This document shows, one piece after another, positions 12,025 through 24,989 of a stretch of 64,000 nucleotides of DNA. Source of the DNA: Phoronis australis (taxonomy: Eukaryota; Animalia; Phoronida); contig NMRA01000376.1 in assembly GCA_002633005.1 (NCBI GenBank), positions 344,365 to 408,364 on the forward strand, in the 5' to 3' direction. The notes below the pieces were generated by a model. That model saw only the letters and a program-made list of their open reading frames with translations, made no database searches and was not told the DNA's origin. The translations under genes and the position numbers were made by a program. Each line of letters begins with the position of its first letter. Position 1 is the stretch's first letter.

Positions 12025-15000
12025 GACATTCACCGCTCTAACGACACCGACACATTTTAGTTATTACTCTTGACGACTATGTAATGCATAAGAGAGCTCA
12101 GAGTAAAATTGAGATGCGGAAGTGGTTTTTCTTATTTAATTTCGTTTGTACATTTGTTCACTGCAGATTAAAATGTGCCTGAAGCTGAACTCAAACTACG
12201 AATTGTCCAAGACCAGAGTAAGGTCTGGCAATTGACAGACTGACAGACATTGCGTCACTTTATATTTCGCTATTGTAGCTATTCAAAAGTGGCTGAGAGG
12301 GGGGAGGGTGGGCGGACACCCTGAATCCGCGCCTCCTTAGCGCCAAAGGAAGGACATGCACTTGGATTTCTGCGTTTGCAATCTGTTTCGTTCGCGTAAT
12401 GCGAAACTTATTGTTTTTGCTATAAACCCGCCTACCGTCAAAAGAACGAACTTTTGACTTGGACTATTTATCACTATGAAATTGCTGTTAACTCCTTCCT
12501 TATTCAGAAGACAGTTGATTTCTACCTTCTCACTAGTTCTTGACGTCAAGCTAAGTAAAATAGCTTATCACGGCAGGTCACTTTATGAACGTAATCTCAA
12601 GCGATTGCATAATGAATTGAAATTTTTCCAGGCTCAGAAAATGTCACTTCTCATCTAAGTAAAGTTGAGGGTAGTTTTATAGCAGAAAATGGTCCAAAGC
12701 TATACGTTAATTTTTTTACCCAATGCGGGTGAGTATAGCAGCTTTAACGGTCGACCTTAACTCCATTTAGCTGATAAACTAGTAAATGATGTGATGTCTA
12801 TCAACAAATCTTGTCTACCACTTTGAAAATAGTTCGCATATCTTGAATTTTCATTGGATCAAACTCCTAGCGTTTTTACTTCAACGTCACGTGACACGTC
12901 ACAAAAGTATACTTAGTAGTGATAAAAAATAATTAACGATTTTCAAATACATACTGGGGTGGGCTGACAAGTGTTTCGTGGAAATTAAGATAAATATACT
13001 AGAAAACATGGTTTACACTTACCCGTCTGTGTGTACTGCGTGTACGTGCGCGTATTTACATTTTGAAAATTTTCAAATTTTGCACGAGTGTGAATGGATA
13101 CATCTGCTGGTTTTTTGAGGAGTTTAATGCTTTAGTCATGTTCTCAGCTTTTGTGATGTTCACGTCAAGCCCACAATCGGTTTATGGTGAATCGAGTGTT
13201 TCTATTTCCAGTGGGTGATGTGAACTTATATAACATGGTGATAAAAATCAGCGAGAAGCAGATCGACTGAAAGGTATAATTATGGACAAGATGTTCGCTA
13301 GTTGCTCACGTTCGTGGACGTATGACGGTGTGTTCAAGTGACTTAGAACCCCTAAACCGTAAATTACCCGTACTTGTGTGGCACGCCTATCTCCATTGTG
13401 ACTATAGAACCCGTTTGTTTTTCCCACATCGTTTTCTGAAAAAGGCCGCTGCAAGCGTCTACTTCTATGTTTTGTTCGCTTGTTTGTCAGCTAGAAGTTC
13501 TTCGGTGCCATAACTTAATGAGTGACAACCGTCTTTTCTCATCTGAAGGACTAGATTGCTGATCAAGGTGTTAGCATAAATCATCGTATAACGTCAAGGG
13601 CTGTAAAGAACGTGAGAGATGAATGGTCTAGTGGGTTGTCTGACTGGTGGGACCTAAAATGGGCATTTGTCGCAGTAGAATTTTTTTATAACCTGTATTT
13701 CGTCTTAAAATAATTGGAAGAATAGAAGCGATAGAAGTTCGCGCACTGTTTACTTTTTCTTCATTTTTCTTGTTTTGTTAGTAGTTTAATGACATAGAAA
13801 GTTCTTATATTTTCGGCCTGCAAGAAGAAATGGCTTCTCAAGTGGTAAATCGGAATTCCTCTCTTCCGATTACATCCTTGACGCTGCCGATAACATTTTT
13901 TATTTGCAATTTTATTTTATTCAACTTCAATTTCAATTGAATTGAGGAAATGACGATGTCCAACACAACATTGTATTGAAGACTATTCATCTTAACCCAA
14001 TATCGGCGGAAATCCACGAACAGGTAACAATAGACCGCCAGCGCCATTTGAGTCTAATTGCCTTTTGATCGGCAACACGAGCGCCAGTTCTCAAGGCATG
14101 ACAACTCATGCCTATTACCATATGAGGTTAATTATAAGTGGGGAAGTGTGAAAAAAGGAAGCTTGGATGAGCAGGAAGTCCGCGAGAGCCTAACTTGAGT
14201 TGACACGTGGGTTGTTTGCGTGGTTGATACCTCAGTTATTACCGCAGTACATTTCTTATTTTTATTTGCCTTTGTATTAAAAGAAAAAGGGTATAAGAGC
14301 GATAAAGATTAGAATATAAATAAATTAATCTCAAGCGTGTATACGCGTAGGGACGAGTTTACTCAGACATCTGATTAAGAGATGGTGGTTCCTTGTTTAC
14401 CGGTAGATGGACTAATTAAAAATGGGCATCACAATGTTGCCAGTTGAGTTGGTAATGCTTATTGTTCTTGTGGAACATGGAAACTAGAATTAATGTAAAA
14501 CGTTGCTGGTAGTTCCGACACTTACCTCGTGCCTGACTGTCCAACATGGTGAGTGTTTCGTGGCGACCGTCTTGCTTTTTACGAATCAGAATCGGTATCG
14601 TATAGGCTCTATAATAAACTATTTCTAAACCTTTTCGTCTCAAAGNNNNNNNAGCTGCCTGAGGGTAACTTGAGCGTTGTGGCGATGGGAGGGAAGGGGG
14701 GGGGGCTGAAAATGGTGGCGAACCGGTGAGTGGGTTGCAAACTAAATACGCATGGCGATGGGGTAACCGAATAATGGTCACGAGCGGATGCAGACCACAT
14801 TACTTGGGACCCCAGACTGTTTATAATTTAGGGGCCCCAGAGAATGGGAACTTTAATCCAGCACTACTGATCATGAAAAATGAAAGAAATGGGTTTGGGG
14901 GCATTAAAACAACATACGGCTACATGGTCAGGATTGTCAACTCGGAAGAAGATTAAACCAAGTCTCCGGTGGAAACTACTATCCATAGAAACAACAAGTG

Positions 15001-15267
15001 AATAACACGTGACTAGTTATGGTAACTTTTGGACCTAACGTATTTAAACAATCTAAATTTGTTCCAAATACATTTTTCAGTGTTTAATGGTGGCAGTTCA
15101 TTTGCTATTTAAAATGGCAATAGGGGAAGCTTGAATTTGGCAAAATAATAACATGAAAAAACACCTATATCAATTCAAATGGTGCATCTTTTTTCATTGC
15201 TTTTCTTGAAAGCACCGTGTGGCGTTTGCCTATGCACTTAAATTGGAGTGACCATTGTGTGGAGTAA

Positions 15268-15768
15268 TCCCCGAGCGAGGGGTACTCCTATGGAAGAGGT
15301 ACAGGACGTGCTATTTAGAAGGGGGGAGGGGGTTAACTGATAGCTCCTTTGCGAAAGGGCGCCTTTCTGGACATTATTCCCCACGAAAGGGGACTATTTT
15401 CGATTTTGTCCCCTAAAACGGTTCGCTTTGGATTTTCGTAACTATAAATAAACCCTTCCCCTATTACAAAATCCACAGAAGGTTTTTTAATGTTATCTAT
15501 ATTTTTAGAATTTTAGTTGCAAAGGATGTGCTCATTTTTGATTTTGGCAGCAAGACATATATCTTCTTGTACTGTTCCTGGCTAAACATGGCTGAACCCT
15601 TACAAAAGCCGGGTAATGTTTCTAGAACAAAACTCAAACGCTGGGAGTGACTTTTTCATGGAATCATCCTACCCATGAGTCCCTATTTTCGATACCTCTT
15701 CCTAAATGAGTGAGAATCTTAATTTTCCAACTGTACTCGGATGGGAAATACTGTCGAGTACCCCCGGG
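15268..15768. mobile_element. MITE-like element with GGGGGTACTC / GAGTACCCCCGGG ends
   Basis: Degenerate terminal inverted repeats. Similar ends occur at 53485-53733. Confidence 0.5.
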
Positions 15769-16702
15769 AGGAACCACAGAGAGCAAAAATACGTAATCTA
15801 AGCTTCCAAAGCGACTCGGAGCCATTAGATAAAATTAAACATCTTATTTGAGCCCATTGAAACCATGAAGCTATCACTGAGTCATCAGTACAAATGTCAC
15901 ATATCATATCATTGTACAAAATGTGCGATGGGCGACGAAGCGTGACCAAATATTTGTAGACTTCATTTCGCCAGGGTGTCGCGTATCCAACAGCTGTCCT
16001 GACCAACTAAACAAGCCATCGCTCCGGCGTAACTGAACAACCACTTTTTAAACCACTGACGAATTTAACTGACAGAGAACCCAAGCTCACTGACAGCAGG
16101 AAAACATTAAAATTTTCGTTCAGTTAGTTCACACAAATACCATTGAACCTGAACCAGCTTTTGGGTGGTAGACGAGCTAAAAATGTGGTCAGAATACGAT
16201 ACGAGTAAAATGTGTCAACAAAAATAAACAGTAGTCCTAACTTTAAATGGAGTTTATAGCCCAACATGGACATACTATTGTCTATTATGTTTCGGTTAAC
16301 TTGTGTTATTTTATTTTTGTAAGAGGGAACTCGGGTTTCACAATGTCTTGAAAATGACTAATGCCCGTTTCAATGCGTCGAGCCGGCAGCACAGTTCTGC
16401 AGAACGACTCGGCAAACGCTCGATAACAAATTACCAGCGTTATGGAAATCTTTGACATTGTTAAAGATGATTTTAGCTGACCTGTTAAAAATCCAAGTTT
16501 TATTTCAGACTGCTATTTAAACTGCAGTTCGCTGTGTTTAGCTGGCTAAATACGAAAATCGAATTAGGCTTTTTAATCTCGTATAATCGGTCTCGTAATA
16601 TTTCTTGGCGTGATAGGATTATATTTCCGTTTCCAGCAACAACGTGGAAACCATCGGCGACTCGAGAAAACGCTTCAGACGTTATTGGCTTTGGCCAATT
16701 GC

Positions 16703-16845
16703 GAAAATGGCACATGTGCGCATTGCCTGTGACTTGAGTTTGTGACAGAAATAGAATCCTAACAGAGTAAGGAATACTAGAAGGCTGATTTTAGGAGAGT
16801 ACAAGGCACAATTCGATTTTCGTTCTTTAGCAACCGAAACAGGGC
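16703..16845 (+). repeat. Interspersed repeat family, copy 1
   Basis: GAAAATGGCACATGT.C.CATTG..TGTGACTTGAG.T.GT is shared with about 28048 and about 43183. Confidence 0.75.
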
Positions 16846-17167
16846 GAGACTGATGCAGCTCTGGTTTAAGTGTACTTAGCTTGTTCCTCACTAACACAAG
16901 TGATCTCTCGGCCTCGGACTGAAAGCTGACAGTTCGTTATTAGAAAAGACAACTCTAAATAGCTTGGCTCAACTCGGCATTTTAAGCGGAGAGTGTGCCT
17001 GAAGCGATAACTGTCCAAAACCCACAAGTAACCTCTCATCCTATTTGGTAGTCACCCAAAGTGGTCCAAGTCAAAACGTCTTTTATGGTAGAAGGCATGT
17101 TCACACTGAGTAGCATTGAAGCACAGAAGTCTGGGACCGGTTCTATGCTTTAAAATTATGTCGGTAG

Positions 17168-17261
17168 TAGTCACAGGCTATCGCATTTTGAGAACCAGTT
17201 TTGTCCACTGAATTACAGGCATCAAACTGGTTCAGAAAATCTCGGACCTGTAAGTGACTAT
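17168..17261. repeat. Short imperfect inverted repeat (MITE remnant)
   Basis: TAGTCACAGG...GAACCAGTTT pairs with AAACTGGTTC...CCTGTAAGTGACTA. Confidence 0.55.
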
Positions 17262-19044
17262 TACCGTTATTTCGGTGGGAATGTGGCAGAATGTTTTGCA
17301 AATCAAACTGAATTCTTCAAAATGTTGAAATTTGACCCAATATGAACCTAAAAACTCCAATTATTAAACAACCAGGAAATGCATTAAAACTAGAAAATTT
17401 GCTGTCCTTGTCAATTATCATAAAATGTTTTCTCCATTGTGCTTGTGATGATAAAAAAAAACTTTGTACTAGCAACAAGATATATATTTTATACAATCAA
17501 CAAATGACTAAATACACATACCCAAGTAATCACAGAATAGTATCTTTTGATACAACACAGATAAACAACTGAGCAAACAACAGTGAGTGTGCTGAACTTG
17601 TATTGAAAGGCTGAACACTTCAGTATGAAAACTGAGTCTCAACAACCAGCCATTATATCAATTAAATACAGTTTGCATATGTACCGTAATGTCTTCATTA
17701 AGATAATAAAAGCATTGTTGGGCAATGAGACTTATTTAGAAAAAAATGTGACCAGTTTAGTTGACTTCCTGTTACAAACAAACTCTGCCAAAAACAGCAC
17801 ACAGTGTGCACCTATTGACAACTGGAAAATTTCGAAGACAAAGGAATATCATACGATCTGCACGGAGGTATTAACAATAATGGGCAAAGTCTGTGTGCGT
17901 ACAACAATGTACCTGGCATAGCTAATTGCTTGGCCTGTTTTAAGTCCTCCTAAAGACTCAACCTGCCTCCAGGCTAACACCTCCGTTGAACCACCACATG
18001 CTGTATAGCTGTAGGCTACCTCAGTCTAGCCACCAAACTGTTACACATATTTATATAGCTGATTATCATTTTTCTCAACTTGGCCAGATAAGTCATACTT
18101 GCCAGGCAGGGGCATAATGCATTACAACTGCACCACTAAGACCAGTGTAAAATAATGATGTAAACCAGCCAGGAAACATGAAAAACATCTCAAGTTATAT
18201 TGACATCTTCTCAAGTGATGATCCATTTGCATGATACCAAGCTTAAACATAATAAATCAATAGTAATTATATCTTTGCACCGAACCGCAAACAATGTATC
18301 GGCCATAACCAACAATTGCTTATTTCAGCAACATTTTAATCAATTTACGACCACTGGATATGACTGAACATGATCAAATAACCGTATTCATTAAAAACAA
18401 TTAAAATATTGGCAATATTTCAATGAAGTTGAAATTTTCTCTCCAGTTTACAATGGTAGTTATCATCAGAGGGTGCTGTCATTCAACAAGACTAAAGACT
18501 GTTAGTTTTTGCCACCCAATCGTATTTCAAAGATGCAACATGCAGGTTTATGGACTCTGCTAAATCTAGCCCAATGGGCAAAAGTGCCAACTCTTGATAA
18601 CACAAGCCATTTTATGGTTTGGGAACACAGTAGAGCATTTACACTAAGTATCGCTACAATAATAACTGTCAGATTTCCCATACGACGTAACTAGAGTAGT
18701 TTTTAAAAGATGACCACATTTTCTCGTAAAAAAATTGACAAAATTTTGCAGCAAAACATTTCCATAGGTTAACTTTCATGTGATTAAGTGTTGTTTAATT
18801 TGTATTGTTTTTATGGGACTTTCACCATAACTTTGATGCATGTTTTTTGAAAATTACTGTCTGCACTGGTGCATTTTTCTGAATCCTCACTTGGCCCCTG
18901 ATTACAGAAATTAATCGTGAATTGAACTCTAGATTCAATAGATCCAACGCAGAAAACACACTCAACTTGAAAATGACAAGTCGCCCCTAATCTATGATGC
19001 TGTGTGTTACAGAAGGCTCTCGATGACCCGGACCAGTTGACATG

Positions 19045-19120
19045 TCATATGTAAAGTGACTTGGCTGGCATCACCACCTCTGGCATAGGTGATGTTTCTC
19101 TTGACTTCATCTCGTCATCG
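19045..19120 (-). CDS. Sowah: Probable Sowah terminal coding exon (SDDEMKSRETSPMPEVVMPAKSLYI*)
   Basis: Strong acceptor ttctttttgtattctttcag. Open in the required phase 2 to TGA at 19045-19047. Confidence 0.72.
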
Positions 19121-21225
19121 CTGAAAGAATACAAAAAGAATTCAGGATTTGCAAATCCAGGGCCAAGTGTCCTACTGCATGAAGTAGACCCGACAACTCG
19201 ACAATGTTCCTTAAAATTTCAGCACATTTGTGGACTTTGTGCAAACACTGGCTGTCCTTTCTTTTGTCATTTTATTTTCATTGCTATGGCAAGTTTTAGC
19301 TTTGATGCATACCGGAAGTATGAGCTTTTAATAATATTGATAATAAATAGGGGTCTCTTCCTGAAACCCCCTTGCTTTAAGGACTTAGTCCCTGTGTATT
19401 TTACATGAAAAAAGGGCTCAGGGTTTTCAGAGTTATTATTTAAAAGTGTCATAAGTAAGAGGGTCTTACTAGAAATATAAAATTAGCGAGTAAACAAAGT
19501 CTTACAAATGCACTGAAAATTTCAGGAATACAGTTGAGTCTCTACATTTCACACAGCCAGTCACAATTCCCCCATTTGTCCACTTTGATAGTGTTTTAAT
19601 GAAAGAACATGAAGTGCTCCCAGTGTCTGGACATGATCTTGGACCCGCACATAGAAATGTACAGGTTTGTCACGTGATTGGGGACAGAAAATGTGACGTC
19701 ACCGTACAAGAGATTCTGCCATCTTAGTGGGTTGAAACTCTTGCCACCTCTCTATGGGATGTGACGGGACGTTTGTAACTTTACGCTTATTGTTATTCTT
19801 ATTTAGTTGCAAATGTTCAGTTATTCTTATGCTAATGTCTTTGTTGCGTCTCAGTGCGCCTTTGTTACGTGGGCATGTGGGCGCGACTGTATGTGTCGGG
19901 CACTTCGCTAGCGACAGGCTTAGGAGAAGGGTGTTTCCTTCCTTTGCTTTCATGAAAATTGATCGTTATCATGCGCAATTGAACTGAAACGTATGCCTGA
20001 TGAGAGGAAATACATATTTTTGATGGTCAGTGGAGACTTGCTCTGTTACAGGGAGAATATATAACCTGAAACTCTAGGAAATCACTAGTTAATCGCTGTT
20101 TTACAAAAAAAAACATGATCAAAATGATAGTCTATAGGTCCACAGATGCTGTCGCATGTGCTTCACATTTTACCCGTTTGAGCAAATGTTATAATGTAAG
20201 TGAATAGGGCACCGCCATATTGCTCGTTTCCAATCTGGAGTAGTTGCTATGGGTGTGATTCAATCACAATCCATCCCTATCGTAGTGTCTGACAGGCAAG
20301 CATACACCTGAGATGATGATGATGATGACTAAGCTATTTATACACAGCAGTGCAAGGCATGTTCTCTTGAAGGTGTTCTGATAAGCATCTTGATTTACTT
20401 GCAACAGCCAGACAGCACAATCCTAAGTATTACTGGGAAATAATGATGTTAAGGATCCCACAACAGGTTCTTACAACTGCAACAATTGCTTCCAAATACA
20501 AATACATAGCACTTCGTATCATTTAGTGTTCTAACTTTGTTAAAATGTGATCTATCACATGACAGTCACATGATTGCGTGTCTGTCTATTGGATGGTGGA
20601 GATAATTTGGAACTTGAAATACAATATCATAGGCCTTGACATGTCAGTGTATGCCAACTAGATGTTGAGGTCATGCTTTTGTCCTGCATAACAAGAATAA
20701 TTTTTGGGTGACACATGTCTTGAAATGTGATGTATCGCACCTTTCAGGCATGCATTAAAATTTTTCCCCTCACTTGACTGACCATCAAATTAGCATGCAA
20801 TTCAAAACATTTTATTCACAGCTGACAAAGAATTTTTTTATTCTCATTTTAATATTTTTCCAACAAGAATGAGCGCACCATAACAATGAAAAGAAGAATT
20901 AAATACTTTACCATCCCACCAACACCTCAGAGGAGTAAGGAAGGGCAAGTGGAGACAAGAAATATTTCAACGTCGCATGAAAGCCCCAGACAGTGCAATC
21001 TTTAAAAAACCATCATTTTGGTTCATGCTTTGCGGTGGTGGAATGCTTCATTCATTCTAACGAGAAAATTCGTCATTGCTGAATTGATTCATCCTAGTTT
21101 GAAGTTTGTAATTTTGGTTTGACTTGACATGGGTGGCGCAACACTGAAAAAACAGGGCTATAGCCCCCCAGCCCCCCATGGTGCAACGCCCATGCTTGAC
21201 TGGCGTTGCATAGGGCATTAAGTAC

Positions 21226-21314
21226 CTGGGATCGTTTTCCTTTGATTTTTCTTTGCGAGACTTCTTCTTCTTTGGTGCCGATGTCTTTGGGGGAGGCATA
21301 AAGTCTTTGGTCAG
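21226..21314 (-). CDS. Sowah: Sowah exon (LTKDFMPPPKTSAPKKKKSRKEKSKENDP)
   Basis: TGTGTTATAG acceptor (phase 0), AG|GTACTT donor (phase 2). Contains an MPPPK plus basic cluster motif, a possible NLS. Confidence 0.85.
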
Positions 21315-22081
21315 CTATAACACAAATTGAGAAACACGTACATCGTGCAGTTCCAAAGGAACAGACACGGGGACGGGAATAAGATTAGAACTGTAGTTCA
21401 ACACACTATTGTAATGAATATAACAACACCGCTTATGAGCTTTATATGCACTTAAAACGTGAAGGTCGTAAAACCGTTCAGGCTTGTGAAACATTCTTTA
21501 CTGCAAATGCTGTTGAACACTACATGGGCTTCTGCAGATTCCAGCTGCGATATTGCGATATACTTATCAAATAGTCGTGCTCAAGCCCGAGACCCACAGT
21601 ACACTGAGATCCCTGACATCCGAGCAGAGGTCGGCTGAATGTCCCTAGGGTCACACAACTGAACTACTACAGAAGATGCCGCATTATGGCAAAAATCCAG
21701 GAGATAAGATACCTAACAAACATCATATGACAAGTGCCTGGATGATTGGCCAAAATACTTGCATTGTTGTTATCAAAATAGAACACAGGGGTGTTTTCAT
21801 TTGATGAAAAACAAAAACATTGGTTATTAGCATCATACACGTGTAACCTTTAGCCATTGTCACGTTATATATCTATTTATTTATTAAACGCAATGTTTAA
21901 AAAAGGAGGTTGACCTTATAAGTTAAGGACATTGCTTTCCATAAATAAACATCAAGATGTAACAAACAAATGGATAAAAATCCTTGAAGATGTACAGCAA
22001 CATAAGAAACGACATGTAACAATGGTGTAAATAAAACAAATTTTAATTTATACGGACGCAGAAGCTTCCCTGTGAACTCAC

Positions 22082-22278
22082 CGAGCCTTTCCTCTCAAAT
22101 TGGGGGCTCTCGGGGACAGAGGACTTCCTCTGCACCTCAACGTTCTCCGATGAACCCCAGTCCCTCTTGATCAGATGACTGAACCTCTCTGTAGTCTTTC
22201 TAACCCGCTGACTGAACGAGCCGACACGTGTGAATGGTTTGCTGGTCTGTGGAGCAGAGTGGTTGTTATCTCCATCTC
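22082..22278 (-). CDS. Sowah: Sowah exon (GDGDNNHS...FTRVGSFSQRVRKTTERFSHLIKRDWGSSENVE...ERKGS)
   Basis: CCTGCAG acceptor (phase 1), TCG|GTGAGT donor (phase 0). The R.GS...RV+KT and WGS.(D/E)N motifs resemble invertebrate Sowah C-termini. Confidence 0.88.
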
Positions 22279-24337
22279 CTGCAGGCGAAACAAACGACAT
22301 CATGAAAATGAAAAGTTTAACTGTCAACATAAAGGATTGAAAAATGTGCCATATGACTCAAATAAGTCATGCATTCCATTTAAGTATTTTATTCCTTCTC
22401 TAAACATTATTTGAGTTGTAAAAGTTTGCTTTTTACCAAAATAGAATTCAGTGGCATCATGACAAGACCCGAATTGCAATAAATTAGGCAGTTACATTAA
22501 GGAAAATGAAAGAACACTATGAAAACAACAAACACCAATGACTTGCACAAATATCTTAAAGGAGTTACATATCACCAGAGGCTTTTTGGGTTTACTAAAA
22601 GCTTTAACTTTTGACTGCCAGGCCGTGAATTTAAATTACAGTATAACCGTCAGCAGTAGGAACACATAGGCCAATTTTCAGAGTGGTTTGACCGATATAG
22701 GCGGAAACCAAAAAATAGACTCGAAAACGGTAGAAAAGTAAGAACTTTTGTGTAATTTCACAGATTAATCAAAATAAAAATTAAGAAAGGTTTTCATCAC
22801 TGTTGGCAGTGCGTCTACTGTACAACTATCAAGCAATTGGTGAAAATTAGAGCCTTTGCAGCGGCATTGTAACCATTTGAAAAGGGAAAGTATAATGTCA
22901 CCAACTATTTCTATACAAATTGGAGAATTTTTACCACGACAAAGTTAAATATTTCCAGTTGTGACAGTAATTCCTGCTTTATTGTTAACAGAACTTTTGT
23001 TACAAAGTCGAGGTTCGTTGAACGGGTTGAGCACTCAACAGTTCCAGGAGGCCTTATTACAAGTCATGAGAATCAACAGATTTATTCAGCCACGCTCTGT
23101 TACACATCCAAATGTCTCTTGGTCAACTACACGACACTGTTTGTGTGTATGTAAGTATGTATGCACACACCTCAGCACAATGTATTGATGTTAGGGCGTG
23201 CTCCGGGAGGGGGAACACTCCACTGCACTTTGATGGGGTGCGCAGCTGGAGAATTAAGATACCGACCCATTTAGAGAGTGGCCACGGAAATGAGGACCAT
23301 TCGTAGGAAGCTTCTAGAGAAACGTCACCCACTTGTATTGGATTGTTCCACAAACACCACACTTTGGTAAACCTGACTCTTTCATAGGGAGTTTTTAACC
23401 CAATAAGCTCAAAACATCACAAGAGATGTCACGCTGTCAAAAATGATTACATTGTTTTTTTAAATAAACACAATATGGAAAACCCTTATGTAGATTTGTG
23501 CAGATGGAGAAGGGACCTTTGTAGTTTTCAACACCCAAAGGAAACGTTTTTATGGAATTTTGTCATAAACGACAGCCTTTCATAGGGGAACTGGTCATGA
23601 GAGTCATCCTTCTGAGCGGAGCGTCCCCCTGCCCCCTCCCCCCGGACAAGCTGCAGAGCTTCTAGTATACAAAGATAAGGACAAAATACTTCAAATGACT
23701 GATTAAACAGATAATGGGAAAAGGTACTTATGGGAAGCATGCCAAGGTAGAGGGACTCCAGCGGGTTGACATGTACGTCATCGATAACTAATTCCTTAGC
23801 AACGGCAGATGCAAACCTCTCAAACTATTTGCTCAAAATTATGAAAAAGTGCGTATTTATACAAACGATAAGGATTTTGGACACTAAAAAGGAACACGAT
23901 GTTACAATTTGATTGATTTAACTACATCAGCCACAGGAATCACTTAAAAGAAAAACGCTGTGTTGAGAAGCCGGCACACATGAAAATTAAACCCATGCTT
24001 TCATTTTGTCAGAAATGGCCCACATCATCAGGGTTGTATTAGATGGCAGATTTGAAAATCAACTTAGAATAAGTGCCAACTAAGGTAGGGGGTTCAAATC
24101 CTTTGTGCCCATCTCCTTAAAAATCAACAGTTTGTTATGATACAGTAATGATGTTCAATTTTGGGCACAGTATAACCAAACAGTAAAGTACATTGTATAA
24201 TGCACTTCACAACAGTCACCAAATAACATTCCAAGTTTTTGCATCAATAAGGAAAGTCAGAACAATGTGGTTACTTTATGTGTGGTAAATTCACGGGTTT
24301 TTACCATGCTTAAACAGCGATGTTAAACGGTCACAGA

Positions 24338-24446
24338 AAAACCAAACATGACTTTCCAAGACAGAAGTTTTGAAAAACCCAACATGACTTTACAAGACAG
24401 AAGTATTGAAAAACCTAACATGACTTCACAGGACAAAAGTTTTGAC
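24338..24446. repeat. 36-bp tandem repeat x3 abutting the donor of exon 24453
   Basis: AACATGACTT recurs at 24345, 24381 and 24417. Confidence 0.9.
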
Positions 24447-24452
24447 ACTCAC

Positions 24453-24506
24453 CAAAACCCAAAGGACTTATAACACTTGGTCTTCTGACGCTTCCCCATA
24501 GAAGTT
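24453..24506 (-). CDS. Sowah: Sowah exon ((Q)LLWGSVRRPSVISPLGF)
   Basis: CATCCAG acceptor with an upstream pyrimidine tract, TTG|GTGAGT donor, 54 nt, phase 1-1. Direct joining to 32324 gives KVQQLL. Confidence 0.7.
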
Positions 24507-24956
24507 CTGGATGTTAAAACAGAGAAGGGACTGTTAATGGCAGTGAATAGGGAATTAACTCCAGGTAAAGAATTAAAGAGGTAGTGACAAAGATTCGCGA
24601 ATGAGAAATTGTCACTTCACAGTTGACTAATGCCCATTGAGCGTGCCCAGAATAAGGTATTGTGGGTAATGGGATATCACATTTCCAGCAAAGATGTGTG
24701 CAACTAATACCAAAATTCAAACTTAACCAACAGATAATCACATGCATATGTTAAAAGCCAACAGCAATTGTTATAGTATTCCACATATGCTTTAACTTTT
24801 TTCCGTCTTTTGATACCATGGCTTCTTATTACCCACAATACACTGGCACACTCACGCAACTATAAGAGGGAGCATTATTCTAAGTACACTGGAGAACAAA
24901 GAATCTTGTTACTAGATGGGGCAGGTGAATGATGGGTGCTCAGCTGAGGGTGTTAC

Positions 24957-24989
24957 CTTCTTGCTTTCTTTGAATTTGAACTACACCCT
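24957..24989 (-). CDS. Sowah: Candidate 33-nt Sowah cassette exon (xGVVQIQRKQE)
   Basis: TGTTTTCAG acceptor, AAG|GTAACA donor, open and symmetric in phase 1. Two TGCATG hexamers lie just upstream. Confidence 0.5.

Noticed and set aside
19699-19996. ORF-like region as an additional Sowah exon
   Set aside because: Both nearby acceptors hit stops within about 12 codons in the required phase 2, and there is no recognisable motif. An alternative end is not fully excluded.
24338-24446. 36-bp repeats as a CRISPR-like array
   Set aside because: Head-to-tail repeats with no unique spacers, in eukaryotic intron.
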